Below, piece by piece: positions 40,447 through 49,109 of a stretch of DNA of 64,000 nt (its first letter is position 1; each line of letters begins with the position of its first letter). The translations under genes and the position numbers were made by a program. The stretch is from positions 558,001 through 622,000 of the forward strand of contig JAUFOQ010000013.1 of assembly GCA_040285855.1 (NCBI GenBank), given 5' to 3'. Origin of the DNA: Eukaryota sp. GEM-RC1. Lineage: Eukaryota. Below the pieces are notes generated by a model, which was not told the DNA's origin, searched no databases, and saw only the letters and a program-made list of their open reading frames with translations.

Positions 40447-40804
40447 TTAAAAAAGACATTCTATTTTTGTGTAGTGATTTTAACGACTGTTGTGTTTGAC
40501 TGTTGATTGAGTTGTTATCTAGAGAAATCGTAGAAACTGAAGAATTCACCTTCAACGCTTCAGCAATTGCAATAGCTCCTTCATTACCAATTGAGTTGGT
40601 CCATAGATTGATCGTAGAAACTGAAGAATTCACCTTCAAAGCTTCAGCAATTGCAATTGCTCCTTCAGGACCAATTGAGTTGTTATATAGATTGATCGTA
40701 GAAACTGAAGAATTCACCTTCAAAGATTCAGCAATTGCAATAGCTGCTTCAGGACCAATTGAGTTGTTATATAGATTGATCGTAGAAACCTCATTTCTCA
40801 CCAT
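40447..40804 (-). CDS. LRR cassette 35, short type, 4 LRR
   Basis: ORF MVRNEV. Extra A at the usual stop. Confidence 0.7.
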
Positions 40805-40989
40805 TTCATCTCAACACTTGTAATAATGAAACTGTATGTTGGTAATTCGATGGTAAATGTATACTATAAATTAACAATATTTCAGATACTAATGAATCTC
40901 TGTTGTTGTTGAGAACAATAGCAAGAGCACCAGTAAATAACGTGTGTTATTCACGAGGGTACTTAAAATGTGTACCTGAACATCTGCTA

Positions 40990-41267
40990 ATCGTAGAAAC
41001 TGAAGAATTCACCTTCAAAGCTTCAGCAATTGCAATAGCTCCTTCAGTACCAATTGAGTTGTTACCTAGATCGACTGTAGAAACTGAAGAATTCACCTTC
41101 AAAGATTCAGCAATTGCAATTGCTCCTTCAGGACCAATTGAGTTGTTATATAGATTGATCGTAGAAACTGAAGAATTCACCTTCAAAGATTCAGCAATTG
41201 CAATAGCTCCTTCAGGACCAATTGAGTTGTTATATAGATTGATCGTAGAAACCTCATTTCTCACCAT
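40990..41267 (-). pseudogene. LRR cassette 36, 3'-truncated by a deletion fusing it into the spacer
   Basis: Junction catctgctaa|tcgtagaaac at 40990. C-terminal cap is missing. Confidence 0.8.
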
Positions 41268-41623
41268 TTCATCTCAACAATTGTAATAATGAAACTGTAT
41301 GTTGGTAATTCGATGGTAAATGTATACTATAAATTAACAATATTTCAGATACTAATAAATCTCTGTTGTTGTTGAGAACAATAGCAAGAGCACCAGTAAA
41401 TAACGTGTGTTATTCACGAGGGTACTTAAAATGTGTACCTGAACATCTGCTAAACTACTATGATATTTGACTCTGTAGCGGAGTTTTGTTTGGGATAATG
41501 TTTGTTCTGAGCAAAATGATTTTTCAAGTGTGCATTACATTCATCGTTTAATTATGGTGCTTTTGATGAGAAATTAATTATGATTAATGACAAATGTGAT
41601 TTTTATAAACAATGAAAACTTGT

Positions 41624-42904
41624 TTAAAAAGACATTCTATTTTTGTGTAGTGATTTTAACGACTGTTGTGTTTGATTGCTGATTGAGTTGTTATCTAGAT
41701 AAATCGTAGAAACTGAAGAATTCACCTTCAACGCTTCAGCAATTGCAATAGCTCCTTCATTACCAATTGAGTTGTTATCTAGATAAATCGTAGAAACTGA
41801 AGAATTCACCTTCAAAGCTTCAGCAATTGCAATAGCTCCTTCATTACCAATTAAGTTGTACCATAGATTGATCTTAGAAACTGAAGAATTCACCTTCAAA
41901 GCTTCAGCAATTGCAATAGCTCCTTCATTACCAATTGAGTTGTACCATAGATAAATCTCAGAAACTGAAGAATTCACCTTCAGAGCTTCAGCAATTGCAA
42001 TAGCTCCTTCATTACCAATTGAGTTGTACCATAGATAAATCTCAGAAACTGAAGAATTCACCTTCAGAGCTTCAGCAATTGCAATAGCTCCTTCATTACC
42101 AATTGAGTTGTCACCTAGATAAATCGTAGAAACTGAAGAATTCACCTTCAAAGCTTCAGCAATTGCAATAGCTCCTTCATTACCAATTGAGTTGTCACCT
42201 AGATAAATCGTAGAAACTGAAGAATTCACCTTCAAAGCTTCAGCAATTGCAATAGCTCCTTCGACAGCAATTGAGTTGTTCCATAGATAAATCGTAGAAA
42301 CTGAAGAATTCACCTTGAAAGCTTCAGCAATTGCAATAGCTCCTTCGACACCAATTGAGTTGTTATATAGATTGATCGTAGAAACTGAAGAATTCACCTT
42401 CAAAGCTTCAGCAATTGCAATAGCGCCTTCAGGACCAATTGAGTTGTTAAATAGATAAATCGTAGAAACTGAAAAATTCACCTTCAAAGCTTCAGCAATT
42501 GCAATAGCTCCTTCGACAGCAATTGAGTTGTTCCATAGATAAATCGTAGAAACTGAAGAATTCACCTTCAAAGCTTCAGCAATTGCAATAGCTCCTTCGA
42601 CACCAATTGAGTTGTTATATAGATTGATCGTAGAAACTGAAGAATTCACCTTCAAAGCTTCAGCAATTGCAATAGCGCCTTCAGGACCAATTGAGTTGTT
42701 AAATAGATAAATCGTAGAAACTGAAGAATTCACCTTCAAAGCTTCAGCAATTGCAATAGCTCCTTCAGTACCAATTGAGTTGTTACCTAGATCGACTGTA
42801 GAAACTGAAGAATTCACCTTCAAAGATTCAGCAATTGCAATTGCTCCTTCAGGACCAATTGAGTTGTTATATAGATTGATCGTAGAAACCTCATTTCTCA
42901 CCAT
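41624..42904 (-). CDS. LRR cassette 37, short type, 15 LRR
   Basis: 426-aa ORF MVRNEV...KNRMSF. Confidence 0.75.
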   Translation of the reverse strand: MVRNEVSTINLYNNSIGPEGAIAIAESLKVNSSVSTVDLGNNSIGTEGAIAIAEALKVNSSVSTIYLFNNSIGPEGAIAIAEALKVNSSVSTINLYNNSIGVEGAIAIAEALKVNSSVSTIYLWNNSIAVEGAIAIAEALKVNFSVSTIYLFNNSIGPEGAIAIAEALKVNSSVSTINLYNNSIGVEGAIAIAEAFKVNSSVSTIYLWNNSIAVEGAIAIAEALKVNSSVSTIYLGDNSIGNEGAIAIAEALKVNSSVSTIYLGDNSIGNEGAIAIAEALKVNSSVSEIYLWYNSIGNEGAIAIAEALKVNSSVSEIYLWYNSIGNEGAIAIAEALKVNSSVSKINLWYNLIGNEGAIAIAEALKVNSSVSTIYLDNNSIGNEGAIAIAEALKVNSSVSTIYLDNNSISNQTQQSLKSLHKNRMSF

Positions 42905-43260
42905 TTCATCTCAACAATTGTAATAATGAAACTGTATGTTGGTAATTCGATGGTAAATGTATACTATAAATTAACAATATTTCAGATACTAATAAATCTC
43001 TCTTGTTGTTGAGAACAATAGCAAGAGCACCAGTAAATAACGTGTGTTATTCACGAGGGTACTTAAAATGTGTACCTGAACATCTGCTAAACTACTATGA
43101 TATTTGACTCTGTAGCGGAGTTTTGTTTGGGATAATGTTTGTTCTGAGCAAAATGATTTTTCAAGTGTGCATTACATTCATCGTTTAATTATGGTGCTTT
43201 TGATGAGAAATTAATTATGATTAATGACAAATGTGATTTTTATAAACAATGAAAACTTGT

Positions 43261-43698
43261 TCAAAAAGACATTCTATTTTTGTGTAGTGATTTTAACGAC
43301 TGTTGTGTTTGACTGTTGATTGAGTTGTTATCTAGATAAATCGTAGTAACTGAAGAATTCACCTTCAACGCTTCAGCAATTGCAATAGCTCCTTCATTAC
43401 CAATTGAGTTGTTATCTAGATAAATCGTAGTAACTGAAGAATTCACCTTCAAAGCTTCAGCAATTGCAATAGCTCCTTCACTACCAATTGAGTTGTTACC
43501 TAGAGAAATCGTAGAAACTGAAGGATTCACCTTCAACGCTTCAGCAATTGCAATAGCTCCTTCATTACCAATTAAGTTGTTATATAGATTGATCTTAGAA
43601 ACTGAAGAATTCACCTTCAAAGCTTCAGCAATTGCAATAGCTCCTTCATTACCAATTGAGTTGTTATCTAGATAAATCGTAGAAACTGAAGAATTCAC
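43261..43698 (-). pseudogene. LRR cassette 38, ATG-less (GAA AGG GTG AAT), 5 LRR
   Basis: Open frame from GTG with a TGA stop. Same 5' end as cassette 8. Confidence 0.7.
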
Positions 43699-44060
43699 CC
43701 TTTCATCTCAACAATTTTAATAATGAAACTGTACATTGGTAATTCGATGGTAAGTGTACAGTATAAATTAACAATATTTCAGATACTAATAAATTTCTGT
43801 TGTTGTTGAGAACAATAGGAAAAGTAGCAGTAAATAATGTGTGTTAGTCACCAGGGTATTACTTAAAATCTGTACTTGAACATCTGCTAAACTACTATGA
43901 TATTTGACTCTGTCACGGAGTTTTGTTTGGGATAATGGTTGTTCTGAGCTAAATGATTTTTCAAGTGTGCATTACATTCACAGTTTAATTATGGTGCTTT
44001 TGATGAGAAATTAATTATGATTAATGGAAAATGTGATTTTTATATGTAATGAAAACTTGT

Positions 44061-44501
44061 TTAAAAAGAGATTCTATTTTTGTGTAGTGATTTTAACGAC
44101 TGCTGTGTTTGACTGTTGATTGAGTTGTCACCTAGATAAATCGTAGAAACTGAAGAATTCACCTTCAAAGATTCAGCAATTGCAATAGCTCCTTCAGGAC
44201 TAATTGAGTTGTTATATAGATTGATCGTAGAAACTGAAGAATTCACCTTCAAAGATTCAGCAATTGCAATAGCTCCTTCAGGACCAACTGAGTTGTTATC
44301 TAGATAAATCGTAGTAACTGAAGAATTCACCTTCAAAGCTTCAGCAATTGCAATAGCTCCTTCAGTACCAATTGAGTTGTTACCTAGATCGACTGTAGAA
44401 ACTGAAGAATTCACCTTCAAAGATTCAGCAATTGCAATTGCTCCTTCAGGACCAATTGAGTTGTTATATAGATTGATCGTAGAAACCTCATTTCTCACCA
44501 T
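44061..44501 (-). CDS. LRR cassette 39, short type, 5 LRR
   Basis: ORF MVRNEV...KNRISF. Confidence 0.7.
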   Translation of the reverse strand: MVRNEVSTINLYNNSIGPEGAIAIAESLKVNSSVSTVDLGNNSIGTEGAIAIAEALKVNSSVTTIYLDNNSVGPEGAIAIAESLKVNSSVSTINLYNNSISPEGAIAIAESLKVNSSVSTIYLGDNSINSQTQQSLKSLHKNRISF

Positions 44502-44857
44502 TTCATCTCAACAATTGTAATAATGAAACTGTATGTTGGTAATTCGATGGTAAATGTATACTATAAATTAACAATATTTCAGATACTAATAAATCTCTGT
44601 TGTTGTTGAGAACAATAGCAAGAGCACCAGTAAATAACGTGTGTTATTCACGAGGGTACTTAAAATGTGTACCTGAACATCTGCTAAACTACTATGATAT
44701 TTGACTCTGTAGCGGAGTTTTGTTTGGGATAATGTTTGTTCTGAGCAAAATGATTTTTCAAGTGTGCATTACATTCATCGTTTAATTATGGTGCTTTTGA
44801 TGAGAAATTAATTATGATTAATGACAAATGTGATTTTTATAAACAATGAAAACTTGT

Positions 44858-45298
44858 TTAAAAAGACATTCTATTTTTGTGTAGTGATTTTAACGACTGT
44901 TGTGTTTGACTGTTGATTGAGTTGTTATCTAGATAAATCGTAGTAACTGAAGAATTCACCTTCAACGCTTCAGCAATTGCAATAGCTCCTTCATTACCAA
45001 TTAAGTTGTTATATAGATTGATCGTAGAAACTGAAGAATTCACCTTCAAAGCTTCAGCAATTGCAATAGCTCCTTCATTACCAATTAAGTTGTTATATAG
45101 ATTGATCGTAGAAACTGAAGAATTCACCTTCAAAGATTCAGCAATTGCAATAGCTCCTTCAGGACCAATTGAGTTGTTACCTAGATCGACTGTAGAAACT
45201 GAAGAATTCACCTTCAAAGATTCAGCAATTGCAATTGCTCCTTCAGGACCAATTGAGTTGTTATATAGATTGATCGTAGAAACCTCATTTCTCACCAT
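44858..45298 (-). CDS. LRR cassette 40, short type, 5 LRR
   Basis: ORF MVRNEV...KNRMSF. Confidence 0.7.
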   Translation of the reverse strand: MVRNEVSTINLYNNSIGPEGAIAIAESLKVNSSVSTVDLGNNSIGPEGAIAIAESLKVNSSVSTINLYNNLIGNEGAIAIAEALKVNSSVSTINLYNNLIGNEGAIAIAEALKVNSSVTTIYLDNNSINSQTQQSLKSLHKNRMSF

Positions 45299-45654
45299 TT
45301 CATCTCAACAATTGTAATAATGAAACTGTATGTTGGTAATTCGATGGTAAATGTATACTATAAATTAACAATATTTCAGATACTAATAAATCTCTGTTGT
45401 TGTTGAGAACAATAGCAAGAGCACCAGTAAATAACGTGTGTTATTCACGAGGGTACTTAAAATGTGTACCTGAACATCTGCTAAACTACTATGATATTTG
45501 ACTCTGTAGCGGAGTTTTGTTTGGGATAATGTTTGTTCTGAGCAAAATGATTTTTCAAGTGTGCATTACATTCATCGTTTAATTATGGTGCTTTTGATGA
45601 GAAATTAATTATGATTAATGACAAATGTGATTTTTATAAACAATGAAAACTTGT

Positions 45655-46263
45655 TTAAAAAGACATTCTATTTTTGTGTAGTGATTTTAACGACTGTTGT
45701 GTTTGACTGTTGATTGAGTTGTTATCTAGATAAATCGTAGTAACTGAAGAATTCACCTTCAACGCTTCAGCAATTGCAATAGCTCCTTCATTACCAATTA
45801 AGTTGTTATATAGATTGATCGTAGAAACTGAAGAATTCACCTTCAAAGCTTCAGCAATCGCAATAGCTCCTTCAGGACCAATTGAGTTGAAACCTAGACC
45901 AATCGTAGAAACTGCAGAATTCACCTTCAAAGCTTCAGCAATTTCAATAGCTCCTTCAGGACCAATTGAGTTGTGCCTTAGATCGATGTAAGAAACTGAA
46001 GAATTCACCTTCAAAGCTTCAGCAATTGCAATAGCGCCTTCAGGACCAATTGAGTTGTAACCTAGATAAATCTCAGAAACTGAAGAATTCACCTTCAAAG
46101 CTTCAGCAATTGCAATAGCTCCTTCAGGACCAATTGAGTTGTTAAATAGATAAATCTTAGAAACTGAAGAATTCACCTTCAAAGATTCAGCAATTGCAAT
46201 TGCTCCTTCAGGACCAATTGAGTTGTTATATAGATTGATCGTAGAAACCTCATTTCTCACCAT
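45655..46263 (-). CDS. LRR cassette 41, short type, 7 LRR
   Basis: ORF differs from cassette 43 by one residue. Confidence 0.7.
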   Translation of the reverse strand: MVRNEVSTINLYNNSIGPEGAIAIAESLKVNSSVSKIYLFNNSIGPEGAIAIAEALKVNSSVSEIYLGYNSIGPEGAIAIAEALKVNSSVSYIDLRHNSIGPEGAIEIAEALKVNSAVSTIGLGFNSIGPEGAIAIAEALKVNSSVSTINLYNNLIGNEGAIAIAEALKVNSSVTTIYLDNNSINSQTQQSLKSLHKNRMSF

Positions 46264-46619
46264 TTCATCTCAACAATTGTAATAATGAAACTGTATGTTG
46301 GTAATTCGATGGTAAATGTATACTATAAATTAACAATATTTCAGATACTAATAAATCTCTGTTGTTGTTGAGAACAATAGCAAGAGCACCAGTAAATAAC
46401 GTGTGTTATTCACGAGGGTACTTAAAATGTGTACCTGAACATCTGCTAAACTACTATGATATTTGACTCTGTAGCGGAGTTTTGTTTGGGATAATGTTTG
46501 TTCTGAGCAAAATGATTTTTCAAGTGTGCATTACATTCATCGTTTAATTATGGTGCTTTTGATGAGAAATTAATTATGATTAATGACAAATGTGATTTTT
46601 ATAAACAATGAAAACTTGT

Positions 46620-46976
46620 TTAAAAAGACATTCTATTTTTGTGTAGTGATTTTAACGACTGTTGTGTTTGACTGTTGATTGAGTTGTTATCTAGATAAAT
46701 CGTAGTAACTGAAGAATTCACCTTCAACGCTTCAGCAATTGCAATAGCTCCTTCATTACCAATTAAGTTGTTATCTAGATAAATCGTAGTAACTGAAGAA
46801 TTCACCTTCAACGCTTCAGCAATTGCAATAGCTCCTTCATTACCAATTAAGTTGTTATATAGATTGATCGTAGAAACTGAAGAATTCACCTTCAAAGATT
46901 CAGCAATTGCAATTGCTCCTTCAGGACCAATTGAGTTGTTATATAGATTGATCGTAGAAACCTCATTTCTCACCAT
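46620..46976 (-). CDS. LRR cassette 42, short type, 4 LRR
   Basis: ORF MVRNEV...KNRMSF. Confidence 0.7.
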   Translation of the reverse strand: MVRNEVSTINLYNNSIGPEGAIAIAESLKVNSSVSTINLYNNLIGNEGAIAIAEALKVNSSVTTIYLDNNLIGNEGAIAIAEALKVNSSVTTIYLDNNSINSQTQQSLKSLHKNRMSF

Positions 46977-47332
46977 TTCATCTCAACAATTGTAATAATG
47001 AAACTGTATGTTGGTAATTCGATGGTAAATGTATACTATAAATTAACAATATTTCAGATACTAATAAATCTCTGTTGTTGTTGAGAACAATAGCAAGAGC
47101 ACCAGTAAATAACGTGTGTTATTCACGAGGGTACTTAAAATGTGTACCTGAACATCTGCTAAACTACTATGATATTTGACTCTGTAGCGGAGTTTTGTTT
47201 GGGATAATGTTTGTTCTGAGCAAAATGATTTTTCAAGTGTGCATTACATTCATCGTTTAATTATGGTGCTTTTGATGAGAAATTAATTATGATTAATGAC
47301 AAATGTGATTTTTATAAACAATGAAAACTTGT

Positions 47333-47941
47333 TTAAAAAGACATTCTATTTTTGTGTAGTGATTTTAACGACTGTTGTGTTTGACTGTTGATTGAGTTGT
47401 TATCTAGATAAATCGTAGTAACTGAAGAATTCACCTTCAACGCTTCAGCAATTGCAATAGCTCCTTCATTACCAATTAAGTTGTTATATAGATTGATCGT
47501 AGAAACTGAAGAATTCACCTTCAAAGCTTCAGCAATCGCAATAGCTCCTTCAGGACCAATTGAGTTGAAACCTAGACCAATCGTAGAAACTGCAGAATTC
47601 ACCTTCAAAGCTTCAGCAATTGCAATAGCTCCTTCAGGACCAATTGAGTTGTGCCTTAGATCGATGTAAGAAACTGAAGAATTCACCTTCAAAGCTTCAG
47701 CAATTGCAATAGCGCCTTCAGGACCAATTGAGTTGTAACCTAGATAAATCTCAGAAACTGAAGAATTCACCTTCAAAGCTTCAGCAATTGCAATAGCTCC
47801 TTCAGGACCAATTGAGTTGTTAAATAGATAAATCTTAGAAACTGAAGAATTCACCTTCAAAGATTCAGCAATTGCAATTGCTCCTTCAGGACCAATTGAG
47901 TTGTTATATAGATTGATCGTAGAAACCTCATTTCTCACCAT
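47333..47941 (-). CDS. LRR cassette 43, short type, 7 LRR
   Basis: ORF MVRNEV...KNRMSF. Confidence 0.7.
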   Translation of the reverse strand: MVRNEVSTINLYNNSIGPEGAIAIAESLKVNSSVSKIYLFNNSIGPEGAIAIAEALKVNSSVSEIYLGYNSIGPEGAIAIAEALKVNSSVSYIDLRHNSIGPEGAIAIAEALKVNSAVSTIGLGFNSIGPEGAIAIAEALKVNSSVSTINLYNNLIGNEGAIAIAEALKVNSSVTTIYLDNNSINSQTQQSLKSLHKNRMSF

Positions 47942-48297
47942 TTCATCTCAACAATTGTAATAATGAAACTGTATGTTGGTAATTCGATGGTAAATGTATA
48001 CTATAAATTAACAATATTTCAGATACTAATAAATCTCTGTTGTTGTTGAGAACAATAGCAAGAGCACCAGTAAATAACGTGTGTTATTCACGAGGGTACT
48101 TAAAATGTGTACCTGAACATCTGCTAAACTACTATGATATTTGACTCTGTAGCGGAGTTTTGTTTGGGATAATGTTTGTTCTGAGCAAAATGATTTTTCA
48201 AGTGTGCATTACATTCATCGTTTAATTATGGTGCTTTTGATGAGAAATTAATTATGATTAATGACAAATGTGATTTTTATAAACAATGAAAACTTGT

Positions 48298-49079
48298 TTA
48301 AAAAGACATTCTATTTTTGTGTAGTGATTTTAACGACTGTTGTGTTTGACTGTTGATTGAGTTGTTATCTAGATAAATCGTAGTAACTGAAGAATTCACC
48401 TTCAACGCTTCAGCAATTGCAATAGCTCCTTCATTACCAATTAAGTTGTTATCTAGATAAATCGTAGTAACTGAAGAATTCACCTTCAACGCTTCAGCAA
48501 TTGCAATAGCTCCTTCATTACCAATTAAGTTGTTATATAGATTGATCGTAGAAACTGAAGAATTCACCTTCAAAGATTCAGCAATTGCAATAGCTCCTTC
48601 AGGACCAATTGAGTTGTTATCTAGATAAATCGTAGTAACTGAAGAATTCACCTTCAGAGCTTCAGCAATTGCAATAGCTCCTTCATTACCAATTGAGTTG
48701 TCACCTAGATCGATCTCAGAAACCTCATTTCTCACCATTTCATCATAACAATTCTTCAACTTCGAACTAAGCTTGCTCCAATCAATAACAAGCTCCTTCT
48801 CTTCAACTTGTTGTACAAGGCACACACTTTCAATAGACTTGATTGGCGAAGGAGTGTCATCTAGAAGCCTAGCAGAAGCAACATTGGACTCCGAAACAAC
48901 GGAAAGAGAGGCCAAACGACGAGAAGCTTCGGAGTGAATAGAGCAAAGTTCTTCATTTAAAGAGGAGATGATAGCGGATTGGTTGTTAAGTAGGGTGGAA
49001 GTTGTGGTAATGAAGTTTCCTCTTTCAATCTCACCTGTTTCTGTACCTTATCAATAACGTGTTTTGTTTTTAAGATATT
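48298..49079 (-). CDS. LRR cassette 44, long type (linker + 5 LRR), abutting the RBCC ORF; probable 3' half of an RBCC-LRR gene
   Basis: Track ORF 48298-48915. The frame is open further upstream (GEIERGNFITTTSTLLNNQSAIISSLNEELCSIH) to ~49047. Confidence 0.75.
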
Positions 49080-49109
49080 CTAGAGAAAAAATATCCAATA
49101 CTGGGTCGA

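Noticed and set aside
7249..40447. Alternative C-termini (…FLNKFSLFI…) in cassettes 5, 11, 13, 28, 33, 34 and 35
   Set aside because: All come from one extra A in an A-run at the stop, consistent with the homopolymer errors seen in the kelch gene.
303..47669. Plus-strand ORFs of the type IVETEEFTFKASAIAIAPSGPIEL
   Set aside because: Antisense shadows of the LRR repeats. They open and close depending on whether a module has a Tyr codon and mostly start at TTG.
1..48915. CRISPR-like appearance (conserved ~60 nt plus variable ~20 nt at a fixed period)
   Set aside because: The period is exactly 28 codons with an open LRR frame, the variable parts are homologous to each other and recur, there are no cas genes, and the context is eukaryotic.
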